From the NCBI RefSeq assembly GCF_000143415.4, contig NW_003314264.1, forward strand, positions 1,807,710 to 1,871,709: a stretch of 64,000 nt of DNA, in the 5' to 3' direction. Positions 20,532 to 35,500 of this stretch are shown in pieces (positions within the stretch are counted from its first letter, which is position 1; each line of letters begins with the position of its first letter). Position numbers and translations under genes: made by a program. This DNA is from Selaginella moellendorffii (taxonomy: Eukaryota > Plantae > Lycopodiophyta). The notes below the pieces were generated by a model. That model ran no database searches. It saw only the letters and a list, made by a program, of their open reading frames with translations, and was not told where the DNA came from.

Positions 20532-22356
20532 GAGTGGCCAATCAGCGTTTCGGATCCGTCCCTGATGTAGCCTCTTACAAACTCCTTAAAGTCTGAAACC
20601 TCTGTCACAAGTGCAGCTTCAACAGTGCCTTTGATGCAATTTTGGAATTCATCGTAGAGTTGTGGGAGGGTGAGGACATTGGATTGCCGGAGGGACTCTG
20701 CCAGGTGACTAAACATGGCATCGACGTCTTCATGAGTGTGCCCAACCATGAGAAAGCCAAGTGTAACCGTTTCAAATATGCCTTTGGCAACAAGCATCGC
20801 CAAGTACGCGAAGACGTACATGTTTTTGTTCTCACTGCCAGCATTGTCTGTTTGGAGCAGAAGATGGGGTGGAAGGCCACATCGGCCGCAAGAACTTCCT
20901 TGAGATTCTGCTTCGTTTGGATGAGGCTGTGCATTCACCGGGTGACCAGCCTCATCGGAATGGCATGAGGCCTCACATGATAACCCTACAATCTGACGGC
21001 CAACATATTCACTGGGATGGCATGGGGCCCCACGCGATATTGCAAGCCTTTGCTCCTCCTCCAGCTGAACCCTGTATGGGGTTCGATCGACAAGGGTCTT
21101 ATGCAAGGGTTGGCCGTTCAGCTCAGTCTGCGCACTTTGCAGAGACCTTAAGTGTTTTGCTAGGGACGCAATCATCATGTTTGCACCCCCGCCACCCCAT
21201 AGAGGTACAAAGAAGTTCCCATAGTTCTGGGCACCATGCTTATGAGCGATTATGCCAAACAGAGACACAGGCAGCTGCATGGATGAAGAGATTGCCTTGG
21301 GGGCAGGATTGAGTCGAGGTAAGCACGTCTTTTTCTGGTCCATTTTGTCGTGGATGATGCAGAGGTAAGAGTCAGGTCTCTCCATGGAGAGAATCTTGTT
21401 ATGATAATATGCAGTCCTGCAGCTTCTCTGCTCGATGTTGTGGTCGAGCCGCCTTCTAACCAACGTCTCTCGCTCTTGAGCGCTGTAAGAATTCTTCGAC
21501 AAAGCCATTTTGATAGCAGTGCACTCGTCACACTTTGAAAAGCTGGAGTACTTTCCTATACTCACATCCCTGAACCTGTTGCTCCACAATCTACTAAATC
21601 TAGATTGGCTCAGCTTCCTGTAGCCATTACTCTGGAGTTCCCGATTCACATCTTCCAATATGGCCCCCTTGGTATACATGGAAGGGAGAACTCGTTGGGT
21701 GTCTCGTGTTCCATCTTCCAAGAGGCAGGTTTTATGTGGTTGCTGCTCGCTACATGTCTCGACAAACCTCTTGAAGATTGCCTCTCCATATACAACATGA
21801 CCCCTGGTTTTGTGCGTACCGTCGTTCCCATGGATTGCCTGTTGAACCCTTTGTTCTTCGAACTCAGTTTTGATTCTGTAGAATGTGGTTCGAGGGACTC
21901 CATAAATGATTCTCCATGCCTTCATGCAGACCAAACCCCTCTGGAAGACCATGCCCCCCACCTGATGTTCTGAAGCATCAACAGATGACCGTAATGCCTC
22001 ATACACAAAATTGCGAGCTGCCTTCCAGGACAATGTCTTGTATCTTGCTCTCTCCTCTTCAATAGCATCCCAATCAGCATGTTGACAGCACCTCCTCTTG
22101 CAACAAGCAACTGTCAAGACCATTCGAACCTCCATCGCCATTTTCTGCCTTTTTGGTTCGTTGCTCAGATCCCTTTGGCTGTGCTTTAGGAAGGTGTACA
22201 TTCTTTTCCCATGAAGAGATGTTCTGTCATCAATTGTAGTGGTGTTTGATTGTGAATCCTTCACATTCTCAAACACTAAGTGCCTCAATTTCCACCGCAC
22301 AATGCTTCCAATAGTCAGACTGTTTTCTTCTGTGTCAACAACCTCTAAAATCGTAA
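20532..22356 (-). pseudogene. Transposase of copy A, central catalytic piece
   Basis: Open frame with Cys motifs (CCKRRCC, VCMKAW, FSKCDEC) and the three acidic catalytic motifs; bounded by two insertions. Confidence 0.92.
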
Positions 22357-24243
22357 TGTAAGCGACTAAATTTTCCATTCTACTTTAGTCACTTAACCAC
22401 ACCTCTGACCACTTGGAGGAGTCTCATTCGCAACCTCCATAAGTCCAATCCAGGACTTGGGACTTGCTAGCCCCGAGAATGGCGTCCCTGCCACTCAACA
22501 TTTGCACTTGGTCCAAGTGCTCCACATGTCTGATCCCGTGACCGACACTCAAAGGTACCACCGACATAGCAGCCCGTTACGCTAAGGCCATGCCCAATCA
22601 CCTTTGCTACACTGGTAGTCCAATACCACTTGCATCACCGTCTTGGCTCTCCAAGACTAGGCAAACCTTCTGTGAGTGGTCATCTCAGATCCACTCCTTG
22701 GCATCCTTAAGATGCCCACCGACAAGGGGAATAGCCTTCCCCAATATCCCTCTGTCAGTCCCCACTAAGTCCCTTTATGCCCCTGGCCGTGTTTGCCAAC
22801 ACTGCCACTGGATCGAGACCCACAGGCCCGACCACTAAGTCCCACGGTCCTCTGGGACTTCCTCACCACACGATTGTGTCCTTGGTCACTACCCCAGAGG
22901 ACTGCTCCTCTTCCTTTCCACAATCTGGGCCTTTGGGACAACATTTCGGAACACCATGGCCTTACGCGAGCCACCTGGGTACTCTCCTCGCCTTCTGCCC
23001 TTGGGTGCTCTAGCCATGGGCTTAGAGCGGGTTCCGTTGAGCCACACCAGGTATCCAAGTAGGTAGTGCCACCCACACTTGGACTGGGAGCATCGGCCAG
23101 TCGATCTCCCGGGGGAACTAGAGCCGGCTCTTGAACACTTCACCAAGCTACCCCGCTTGTCGGTCTGTGTTCACTCTAGTCTTGGACTTCCCAGTGGGCA
23201 GCTCATCACCCAACACTGGGTCTGGCCTTCCTGGGCCAAACTGGCCTTTCCTGGCCAAACTGGCTCCACTGCAGTCCTCCCCCCTACTATACTTTTGGAG
23301 CTCACCAAACCCCCCAGGGTCTGGGAGACGAACGCTTTGGGCTTTCACCCTCTCAGACTCGAACTCGGACTCGGACTCGGACTCGGACTCGGACTCGGAC
23401 TCGGACTCGGACTCGAACTCGGACTCCATACTATATAACTGTATTCTTGGTCACTACACTAGAAGACTACTCTTCTTTCTTTCCATATTCTGGGATTTTG
23501 GGACTCGGCCTCGGCCTCGGTCTCGTTCTCGGTCCCGATCTCGGTCTCGGTCTCAGTCTCGGTCTCGGTCCCGGTCTCGGTCTCGACTTCGGACTCCATC
23601 TCGGACTCCATCTCGGACTCCATCTCGAACTCCATCTCGGACTCCATCTCGGACTCCATCTCGGGTCCATCTCGGACTCCATCTCGGGTCCATCTCGGAC
23701 TCCATTTCGGGTCCATCTCGGGTCCATCTCGGGTCCATCTCGGATTCCATCTCGGACTCCATTTCGGGTCCATCTCGGGTCCACCTTGGACTCCATTTCG
23801 GGTCCATCTCGGACTCCATCTCGGGTCCATCTCGGACTTCATCTCGGACTCCATTTCGGGTCCATCTCGGGTCCACCTCGGACTCCATCTCGGGTCCATC
23901 TCGGACTCCACTTCGGACTCCAACTTGGGTCCATCTCGGACTCCACTTCGGACTCCAACTCGAGTCCATCTCGGACTCCACTTCGGACTCCAACTCGAGT
24001 CCATCTCGGACACTTCCACGTGTCATGTGTTGGTCCTTTTGGGTCCCTTTTTGGAGCCTCGCTTTTTGCTCGCTTTGTGCTCGTTCCTCGAGCACTTCTT
24101 TGGGAGTTCCACTCCCGCTCTTGACTTTTCAAGTCGGAGCTTTTGGTCCAAACGTGTTACGCTCGTTTGGCTCTTGCTTCAGCCACTACCGCGTGGCACC
24201 CTTTCTGGCTCCACTTTGGGGCCTAGGGATTTTGTGTCTCACA
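22357..24243 (-). repeat. 3' LTR of N1 (~1.9 kb) with 6/11/12-bp satellite
   Basis: TG...CA termini; (GGACTC)n, (GGTCTC)n and GGACTCCATCTC/GGGTCCATCTC arrays at 23355-24010. Confidence 0.92.
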
Positions 24244-27200
24244 ACTCCACCACCCATAGACGAAGTTCGATGTCCTCATCGAACGGTAAACCATTTTGTA
24301 AAGTAACACTCTCATGTGTTACCATTTCCATCCTTAGCACCTAGCCAATATTTGTCAATGGTTTGACATTGAAGGCTCACCATGCCTTTTGCATATGCCT
24401 CAATGGTTTGACACCAAAGGCTCACCATGCCTTGCCTATCCTCTAAGGAGGGTAGTCTCCCCAACTTAGAGACTGATTGGACTACATGTAGTGGTTCTCT
24501 CCTTTTATTGGTTTAGTTCTTGCTAAACCTCTTAGAGACCCTTTTCTAAGTCAATCCCACTACTCCTTCTTGAGTAGTCTCAATTTCCTTCTATTGAATG
24601 TTTGCACCTTGGAACTTTTACTCTTTTGACTTTTGGAAGTCAATTTCCTAGGTGTCTCCAACACCTTGCATTGCACAGATTGTGCAACTCCACTTCCCTA
24701 TCCTAGGAAGTTCATTACTTGAGGGCACCATCATCCTCTCTTCTATTTCGTACCACCTTGGGCACTAAGTTCCATTTATCACACTTTGTGCTAGGGTTGT
24801 CCATCGCCCTATCATTTGGCTACCTTACCGCTCCCTCCCTTGGAGCTTCCACTTTCGCCAAATCGGAGCAATTCGGAATCCATCCTTGGAAACACACTTC
24901 CTTTCCCGCAATTTGTTATTGTCCAACACATTAGTGTTCCTCGCCTAACTTTGTCACTTGGATTCCTTCCCAGGGATTCCACGGCCCTATCTTGGCCACT
25001 CATCTTTTGCTCCTATCCGTTGATTGTTGCACCAAGCAACATCGAATCTCTACCACCCTCCTTGAGGTATTCTTTTGATTCCATAGCAAAGGCTCTGCTT
25101 TGCCAAGACTAGGGTGTTCACCCCTAGTAAGTCTCTTTTAGCATCTTCTGTTGTGGGCTCTATCCTCGGCCCAACTTTGTGACCCTCTCATGGGTCTCTT
25201 TAGAGACTACTTTCCTTGGACACACTATGCTATCGCAATGACATAGCTCATTTCCCTAAAGTGCTTTTCCCACTTGGTCACCTTGACCAAGCCACACCAT
25301 CATCAATAGTTCAAATCAACACTTTGAACTAGGAACCTTATTCCTTAACCCAAACAAGGACCTTGTCCTTATTTAGCCACAAGATCACCTAGTGATCTCA
25401 CCTCAGCACCTTAACAGGTTTGCCAATAGGTACTAGGTCTTCCAGACCTTTAACTTGTTAACTACGACCCCGGGGGCATCCCCCACACTTGGCGGTGCGC
25501 CCAAGCCAGCCCTTCCGGCCAAGGGTCCATAGCAACTGAGATTAGGTGTCCCCATCTCACTCACCACGTCCTTGGTGCCACTTGCACCAAAGCGTTCAAG
25601 TTAGATATGCCGAGCTTTCACACTAAGCAATCTAACCGTGCATCACGACTCCGAGGCATCCCTCGCTTGGCGGTGTGCCCAAACCAATCTCCCCACTGAG
25701 AGTCCATGACCACCGAAATATGAGTGTCCTCATATTCCAAACCATCACCACGCCCTAGTGATTTGGGACTCGAACCCAAGCACTAGAGGGTCGGGACTCG
25801 AACCCAACCTCCGTATATGCATCTACGGACGACATCACACAAGATGCCTGGCGTGACTCCCCACGCCGGTGCACCAACTTATTTTTAAAGCGCGCTACAG
25901 ATCACAGCTTAGGAACCTAGTTCCTCCACATTGCCAAGTCCTCTCACTTGACATGTCTGTGATCATGCATGAACTCCTCCATGCTCGGCCCCATGGCCCA
26001 CCCTTTTTGAAGTTATCACCTTCAACTAGGGTATTTGTTCCCTCGACGTGCCAATCTCGCTTGGCAAGTCCTTCGACCACTGTAACATGGTTCCTACATA
26101 AGCGTGAAAGTCCTTGACCATCAACTTTTGTTCAAAGCCCTCTCTTTGAACACTCGGGAACTACTTCCCTAACCTTGATAGCCTTGCCTCATGGCAAGCT
26201 TCAAGACCACGCTTCTGCTGCGCCACTCTGATTTCGCGCGTTCCATGAACCATTTACACTTTGCCTTTCTAGGTACTAAGCTACCTAGAATCGTCTTTGG
26301 GAACCTTGAAGGAACTCTGTCCCTCAGCTTGCTAAGGCCTCCCTTTTTGCAAGCCTTCAAAATGCCACATAGTCTAACATGGACAATTCCATATTTTAGA
26401 CTCTCCATGGTATCACGGTTGCTAGCGGCAACACCCTCGAGCCCCCACTTGATTCTCCACTCCCAGCTGGCATAACCAACCTTGGTTATGCCCTTTGATT
26501 CCTATGGTTCGGTTCTATCCCCTTACTTCTTGCTTTTTGGCTTCACACCTTTCCTTTGGTCATTCTCCTCCAGACTAGGAGGATAGCTTTGCACTTTCTA
26601 TCACGCTTTAGCAAGTATTCTTAGGGATGAACCTACCCAATAGCCTAGGGAGTGGTTCCTCAATCCGGGTATGCTCACCTTATAATCCCACACACTGGGA
26701 TTACATTGTTGCTTATGGGCCTTTACATGCCCATTACTAACCTTGCCAAAATTCCATTTTTGGCTTTGTCCAACTCGGGTAGACAGTCCTTTCCTGTCTC
26801 CACAACCTTGGACATTTGGATAGCACCTTCTACCCATCATTCGCTAGGGCCTTAGTCCCTTGGGCTTTATCCATTGCCCTCGCGACATCAAACACCACCT
26901 TCTGGTGTTCTAGAGTGTCCGGGTGTCCCAATGATGGCTTTCTTGACAATGAGTATTTCCTTTTATGACATTGACTTACTATATTGCAACACAAGCAACT
27001 TATCCCCCATAAAGGTATATCCAACTTCCTTATGCTATTAAGAAGTCTTGGGTAGCTACCTTCTACCCGTTTAGCCAGTTATTTTGCACCTCTTGCTTAG
27101 TTGCCTCATAGTTGTCAAGTCCTACAACTCATTGCTTGGTGCTTTCACACCTCCATCATTATCTGGGTCACCACACTCCAATTGCATGCTCTGCAACTTA

Positions 27201-28293
27201 GGCTATGCCATTCCCATTTCCATTGGGATTCCTTTGGCAAGGGGTTCTCATGAACCCACCAACATAGCCTCAAGGTATCACACCTTGGCACATTTGGTGT
27301 CTCCACACCATCGGCTCCACGAGCCTACCTCTATGACATTTCCCCTTCGTGTCTAAGTCTTTGCCAAGACCAACACCGCTCTTTCTCATGCCAACCATCC
27401 GTTAGCACTGCCCCATAGAAGTCACACACAACTTTATGTCAAAGTTGTTTTCTTCTGGGAACACCTTTCCCATAACTTTAGCATGGCACATTTTGCCATC
27501 GATGAGATGCCCTCTGTTCTCATCCTTGGATCCTATGATCCCCCCCCATCCTTTGTGGGGTATAACACACCTCAGTCCAAATGCTTCCATCAGTCCTTTT
27601 AGGACCATCCCTTGACTCTACTTGAGTCATCCAGCAGTTTTAGACTTGGTTAATCCACAGACCCGTAAGGTCCTACTTGTGAGGCACTAGCTCACTGGAA
27701 TACACTTCTTGCATTCCTGTCCTACTCAAAAGGACTATTTTCACAAGTGTTACTCCAACACTTGATTTTGTTCTCTGGGGGCAACTTTTGCCCCTTAGAA
27801 CTACTTGTCCATGCGATGAGAATACCACTCATCTCTAAGTACACCCCCCAACTCCTTGGGTTGTTCCAGCATTTATTAAAGGTAGCCCCAGCTACCATTT
27901 CAAGGAGTTGAGTCGTCTTCCGTATTTGACCTTCCACGGTCATTACCTTTAGTCTCACATTCATGAGCACCAACCTCAACTGTATGAGGATAATCTTGTG
28001 ACTCTTTTATTGTTTTAGAGTCTCTATCTTTCCCGTGATCCCAACTTTAGTTGTTTACCACAACAACCTTAGCCAATTTGCTGAGACAAATGCTCATCCG
28101 GATCACATCCTCAACTCAATGAGGAAAATTTTGCACTGTTCCCAAGATCCCAAAGTCGTTCCATTATTGGCCCTTTTCTATCCACCACCTCGTCTACAAG
28201 TTCACACATGAACTGTAATGGAGAGCCATGTCCTCCCGACTTGCTACTCCTCAAGGATAGGCCCACTCCTCGGACCTTCCGATGCCAACACTA

Positions 28294-30247
28294 TGTGAGA
28301 CACAAAATCCCTAGCCCCAAAGTGGAGCCGGAAGGGCGCCACATGGTAGTGGCCGAAGCGAGAGCCAAACGAGCGTAACACGTTTGGACCAAAAGCTCCG
28401 ACTTGAAAAGTCAAGAGCGGGAGTGGAACTCCCAACGAAGTGCTCGAGGAATGAGCACGAAGCGAGCAAAAGGCGAGGCTCCAAAAAGGGACCAAAAAGG
28501 ACCAATACATGACATGTGGGAGTGTCCGAGATGGACTCTAGTTGGAGTCCGAAATGGAGTCCGAGATGGACCCGAGATGGAGTCCGAGTTGGAGTCCGAA
28601 GTGGAGTCCGAGATGGACCCGAGATGGAGTCCGAGATGGAGTCCGAGGTGGACCCGAGATGGACCCGAGTTGGAGTCCGAAGTGGAGTCCGAGATGGACC
28701 CGAGATGGAGTCCGAGATGGAGTCCGAGATGGAGTCCGAGGTGGACCCGAGATGGACCCGAGTTGGAGTCCGAAGTGGAGTCCGAGATGGACCCGAGATG
28801 GAGTCCGAGATGGAGTCCGAGGTGGAGTCCGAGGTGGACCCGAGATGGACCCGAAATGGAGTCCGAGATGGACCCGAAATGTAGTCCGAGATGGAGTCCG
28901 AGATGGACCCGAGATGGAGTCCGAGATGGAGTCCGAGATGGACCCGAGATGGACCCGAGATGGAGTCCGAGATGGAGTCCGAGATGGAGTCCGAGATGGA
29001 GTCCGAAGTCGAGACCGAGACCGGGACCGAGACCGAGACCAAGACCGAGACCGAGATCAGGACCGAGACTGAGACCGAGGCCGAGGCCGAGACCGAGCCC
29101 GAGCCCGAGTCCGAGTCCGAATCCGAATCCGAGTCCGAGTCCGAGTCCGAGTCCGAGTCCGGAGCCTGAGAGGGTGAAAGCCCAAAGCGTTCGTCTCCCA
29201 GACCCTGGGGGGTTTGGTGAGCTCCAAAAGTATAGTAGGGGGAGGACTGCAGTGGAGCCAATTTGGCCAGGAAAGGCCAGTTTGGCCCAGGAAGGCCAGA
29301 CCTAGTGTTGGGTGATGAACTGACCACTAGGAAGTCCAAGACTAGAGTGAATACGGACCGACAAGCGGGGTAGCTTGGTGAAGTGTTCAAGAGCCGGCTC
29401 TAGTTCCCCCGGGAGATCGACTGGCCGATGCTCCCAGTCCAAGTGTGGGTGGCACTACCTACTTGGATACCAGGCGTGGCTCAACGGAACCTCGCTCTAA
29501 GCCCATGGCTAGAGCACCTAAAGGCGATAGGTGGGGAGAGTACCCAGGTGGCTCGCGTAAGGCCACGGTGTTCCGAAATGTTGTCCCAAAGGCCCAGACT
29601 GTGGAAAGGAAGAGGAGCAGTCTTCTGGGGTAGTGACCAAGGACACAGTCGTGTGGTGAGGAAGTCCCAAAGGACCGTGGGACTTAGTGGTCGGGCCTGT
29701 GGGCCTCGATCCAGTGGCAGTGTTGGCAAACACGGCCAGGGGCAAAAAGGGACTTAGGGGGGACTGACAGAGGGACATTGGGGAAGGCTGTTCCCCGTGT
29801 CAGTGGGCATCCTAAGGATGCTAAGGAGTGGATCCAGGATGACCCCTCGTAGACAGATGGCCCAGTCTTGGAGAGACGGGATGGTGATGCAAGTGGTATT
29901 GGACCATTTGCGCAGCAAAGGTGAATGGGCATGGCCTTAGCGTAACGGGCCGAGATGTCAGTGGTACCTTTGGGTGTCGGTCATGGGATCGGACACGTGG
30001 AGCACTTGGACCAAGTGCAAGTGTTGAGTGGCATGGATGCCATTCTCGGGGCTAGCAAGCCCCAAGTCCTAAATGGGACTTATGGAGGTTGTGAATGAGA
30101 CTCCTCCAAGTGGTCGAAGGTGTGGTTAAGTGACTAAAGTAGAATGGAAAAATTAGTCACTTACACCGAGATGGAGTCGGAGATGGAGTCCGGGATGGAG
30201 TCCGAGATGGAGTCCGAGATGGAGTCCAAAGTCGAGACCGAGACCGG

Positions 30248-30288
<41 letters not shown>

Positions 30289-32518
30289 TGATCGGGACCG
30301 AGACCGAGACCGAGGCCGAGGCCGAGACCGAGCCCGAGCCCGAGTCCGAGTCCGAATCCGAATCCGAGTCCGAGTCCGAGTCCGAGTCTGAGTCCGGAGC
30401 CTGAGAGGGTGAAAGCCCAAAGCGTTCGTCTCCCAGACCCTGGGGGGTTTGGTGAGCTCCAAAAGTATAGTAAGGGGGAGGACTGCAGTGGAGCCAGTTT
30501 GGCCAGGAAAGGCCAGTTTGTCCCAGGAAGGCCAGACCCAGTGTTGGGTGATGAACTGACCACTAGGAAGTCCAAGACTAGAGTGAATACGGACCGACAA
30601 AAGGGGTAGCTTGGTGATGTGTTCAAGAGCCGGCTCTAGTTCCCCCGGGAGATCGACTGGCCGATGCTCCCAATCCAAGTGTGGGTGGCACTACCTACTT
30701 GGATACCAGGCGTGGCCCAATGGAACCTCGCTCTAAGCCCATGGCTAGAGCACCTAAAGGCGAGAGGCGGGGAGAGTACCCAGGTGGCTCGCGTAAGGCC
30801 ATGGTGTTCCGAAATGTTGTCCCAAAGGGCTAGACTGTGGAAAGGAAGAGGAGCAGTCCTCTGGGGTAGTGACCAAGGACACAGTCGTGTGGTGAAGAAG
30901 TCCCAGAGGACCGTGGGACTTAGTGGTCGGGCCTGTGGGCCTCGATCCAGTGGCTAGAGTCCCTAGCGAAGTCCCTAGCGAATGATGGATAGAAGGTGCT
31001 ATCCAAATGTCCATGGTTGCGGAGACAGGAAAGGACTGTCTACCCGAGTTGGACAAAGCCAAAAATGGAATTTTGGCAAGGCTAGTGATGGGCATGTAAA
31101 GGCCCATAAGCAACAATGTAATCCCAGTGTGTGGGATTATAAGGTGAGCATACCCGGATTGAGGAACCACTCCCTAGGCTATTGGGTAGGTTCATCCCTA
31201 AGAATACTTGCTAAAGCGTGATAGAAAGTGCAAAGCTATCCTCCTGGTTTGGAGGAGAATGACCAAAGGAAAGGTGTGAAGCCAAAAAGCAAGAAGTAAG
31301 GGGATAGAACCGAACCATAGGAATCAAAGGGCGTAACCAAGGTTGGTTATGCCAGCTGGGAGTGGAGAATCAAGTGGGGGCTCGAGGGTGTTGCCGCTAG
31401 CAACCGTGATGCCATGGAGAGTCTAAAATATGGAATTGTCTATGTTAGACTATGTGGCATTTTGAAGGATTGCAAAAAGGGAGGCCTTAGCAAGCTGAGG
31501 GACAGAGTTCCTTCAAGGTTCCCAAAGACGATTCTAGGTAGTTTAGTACCTAGAAAGGCCAAGTGTAAATGGTTCATGGAACGCGCGAAATCAGAGTGGC
31601 GCAGCAGAAGCGTGGTCTTGAAGCTTGCCATGAGGCAAGGCTATCAAGGTTAGGGAAGTAGTTCCTGAGTGTTCAAAGAGAGGGCTTTGAATGAAAGTCG
31701 ATGGTCAAGGACTTTCACGCTTATGCAGGAACCATGTTACAGTGGTCGGAGGACTTGCCAAGCGAGATTGGCACGTCGGGGGAACAAATACCCTAGTTGA
31801 AGGTGATAACTTCAAAAAGGGTGGGCCATGGGGCCGAGCATGGAAGAGTCCATGCATGATCACAGACATGTCAAGTGAGAGGACTTGGCAGTGTGGAGGA
31901 ACTAGGTGTGAGACACAAAATCCCTAGGCCCCAAAGTGGAGCCGGAAGGGCGCCACATGGTAGTGGCCGAAGCGAGAGCCAAACGAGCGTAACACGTTTG
32001 GACCAAAAGCTCCGACTTGAAAAGTCAAGAGCGGGAGTGGAACTCCCAACGAAGTGCTCGAGGAACGAGCACGAAGCGAGCAAAAGGCGAGGCTCCAAAA
32101 AGGGACCCAAAAGGACTAACACATGACACGTGGGAGTGTCCGAGATGGAGTCTGAAGTGGAGTCCGAGGTGGACCCGAGTTGGAGTCCGAAGTGGAGTCC
32201 GAGATGGAACCGAGATGGACCCGAAATGGAGTCCAAAATGGAGTCCGAGATGGACCCGAGATGGACCCGAGATGGAGTCCGAGATGGAGTCCGAGATGGA
32301 CCCAAGATGGAGTCCAAGATGGAGTCCGAGATGGAGTCCGAGATGGACCCGAGATGGACCCGAAATGGAGTCCGAGATGGAGTCCGAGATGGACCCGAAA
32401 TAGAGTCCGAGATGGAGTCCGAGATGGACCCGAGATGGAGTCTGAGATGGAGTCCGAGATGGACCAGAGATGGACCCGAGATGGAGTCTGAGATGGAGTC
32501 CGAGATGGAGTCCAAAGT

Positions 32519-32549
<31 letters not shown>

Positions 32550-35500
32550 AAGACCAAGACCGAGATCGGGAGCGAGACTGAGACCGAGGCCGAGGCCGAG
32601 ACCGAGCCCGAGCCCGAGTCCGAGTCCGAATCCGAATCCGAGTCCGAGTCCGAGTCCGAGTCCGAGTTCGAGTCCGGAGCCTGAGAGGGTGAAAGCCCAA
32701 AGCGTTCGTCTCCCAGACCCTGGGGGGTTTGGTGAGCTCCAAAAGTATAGTAGGGGGAGGACTGCAGTGGAGCCAGTTTGGCCAGGAAAGGCCAGTTTGT
32801 CCCAGGAAGGCCAGACCCAGTGTTGGGTGATGAACTGACCACTGGGAAGTCCAAGACTAGAGTGAATACGGACCGACAAGCGGGGTAGCTTGGTGAAGTG
32901 TTCAAGAGCCAGCTCTAGTTCCCCCGGGAGATCGACTGGCCGATGCTCCCAGTCCAAGTGTGGGTGGCACTACCTACTTGGATACCAGGCGTGGCTCAAC
33001 GGAACCTCGCTCTAAGCCCATGGCTAGAGCACCCAAGGGCAGAAGGTGGGGAGAGTACCCAGGTGGCTCGCGTAAGGCCACGGTGTTCCGAAATGTTGTT
33101 CCAAAGGCCCAGACTGTGGAAAGGAAGAGGAGTAGTCCTCTGGGGTAGTGACCAAGGACACAGTCGTGTGGTGAGGAAGTTCCAGAGGACCGTGGGACTT
33201 AGTGGTCGGGCCTGTGGGCCTCGATCCAGTGGCAGTGTTGGCAAACACGGCCAGGGGTAGAAAGGGACTTAGGGGGGACTGACAGAGGGACATTGGGGAA
33301 GGCTGTTCCCCGTGTCGGTGGGCATCCTAAGGATGCTAAGGAGTGGATCTGAGATGACCACTCATGGATGGTTGGCCCAGTCTTGGAGAGCCAAGACTGT
33401 GATGCAAGTGGTATTGGACTACAGTGTGGCAAAGGTGATTGGGCATGGCCTTAGCGTAACGGGCTGCCATATTGGTGGTACCTTTGAGTGTCGGTCATGG
33501 GATCGGACATGTGGAGCACTTGGACCAGGTGCCAGTGTTGAGTGGCATGGATGCCATTCCTGGGGCTAGCAAGTCCCAAGTCCTGAATTGGACTTATGGA
33601 GGTTGTGAATGAGACTCCTCCAAGTGGTCGAAAGTGTGGTTAAGTGACTAAAGTAGAATGGAAAATTTAGTCGCTTACAACTTGGTATTGGAGCTATTCC
33701 TTAGTCCGACTTTTATTGGTGCTCAAGTATATCACCACTAGTGTTGGCATCGGGAGGTCCGAGGAGTGGGCCTATCCTTGAGGAGTAGCAAGTCGGGAAG
33801 ACATGGCTCTCCATTACAGTTCATGTGTGAACTTGTAGACGAGGTGGTGGATAGAAAAGGGCCAATAATGGAATGACTTTGGGATCTTGGGAACAGTGCA
33901 AGGTTTTCCTCATTGAGTTGAGGATGTGATCCGGATGAGCATTTGTCTCAGCAAATTGGCTAAGGTTGTTGTGGTAAACAACTAAAGTTGGGATCACGGG
34001 AAAGATAGAGACTCCAAAACAATAAAGGAGTCACAAGATTATCCTCATATAGTTGAGGTTGGTGCTCATGAATGTGAGACCAAAGGTAATGACCGTGGAA
34101 GGTCAAATACGGAAGAGGACTCAACTCCTTGAAATGGTAGTCGGGGCTACCTTTAATAAATGCTGGAACAAGCCAAGGAGTTGGGGGGTGTACTTAGAGA
34201 TGAGTGGTATTCTCATCACATGGACAAGTAGTTCTAAGGGGCAAAAGTTGCCCCCAGAGAACAAAATCAAGTGTCGGAGTAACACTTGTGAAAATAGTCC
34301 TTTTGAGTAGGACAAGAATGCAAGAAGTGTATTCTAGTGAGCTAGTGCCTCACAAGTAGGACCTTACGGGTCTGTGGATTAACCAAGTCCAAAACTGCTG
34401 GATGACTCAAGTAGAGTCAACGGATGGTCCTAAAAGGACTGATGGAAGCATTTGGACTGAGGTGTGTTGTACCCCACAAAGGATGGGGGGGGGGGGATCA
34501 TAGGATCCAAGGATGAGAACAGAGGGTATCTCATCGATGGCAAAATATGCCATGCTAAAGTTATGGGAAAGGTGTTCCCAGAAGAAAACAACTTTGACAT
34601 AAAGTTGTGTGTGACCTCTATGGTGCAGTGCTAACGGATGGTTGGCATGAGAAAGAGCGGTGTTGGTCTTGGCAAAGACTTAGACACGAACGGGAAATGT
34701 TATAGAGGTAGGCTCGTGGAGCCGATGGTGTGGAGACACCAAATGTGCCAAAGTGTGATATCTTGAGGCTATGTTGGTGGGTTCATGAGAACCCCTTGCC
34801 AAAGGAATCCCAATGGAAATGGGAATAGCATAGCCTAAGCTGCAGAGCATGCAGTTGGAGTGTGGTGACCCAGATAATGATGGAGGTGTGAAAGCACCAA
34901 GCAATGAGTTGTAGGACTTGACAACTATGAGGCAACTAAGCAAGAGGTGCAAAATAACTGGTTAAACGGGTAGAAGGTAGCTACCCAAGACTTCTTAATA
35001 GCATAGGGAAGTTGGATATACCCTTACGGGGGATAAGTTGCTTGTGTTGCGATATAGTAAGTCAATGTCATAAAAGGAAATACTCATTGTCAAGAAAGCC
35101 ATCATTGGGACACCTGGACACTCTAGAACACCAAAAGGTGGTGTTTGATGTCGCGAGGGCAATGGATAAAGCCCAAGGGACTAAGTCCCTAGCGAATGAT
35201 GGATAGAAGGTGCTATCCAAATGTCCATGGTTGCGGAGACAGGAAAGGACTGTCTACCCGAGTTAGACAAAGCCAAAAATGGAATTTTGGCAAGGCTAGT
35301 GATGGGCATGTAAAGGCCCATAAGCAACAATGTAATCCCAGTGTGTGGGATTATAAGGTGACCATACCCGGATTGAGGAACCACTCCCTAGGCTATTGGG
35401 TAGGTTTATCCCTAAGAATACTTGCTAAAGCGTGATAGAAAGTGCAAAGCTATCCTCCTGGTTTGGAGGAGAATGACCAAAGGAAAGGTGTGAAGCCAAA

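Noticed and set aside
23590-24010. CRISPR-like short repeat arrays
   Set aside because: Contiguous 6-12 bp tandem units without unique spacers, no cas genes, eukaryotic context.
28289-28293. CACTA terminus suggesting an EnSpm element
   Set aside because: It is the 5-bp TSD of an LTR insertion; no CACTA TIR or TnpD is present.
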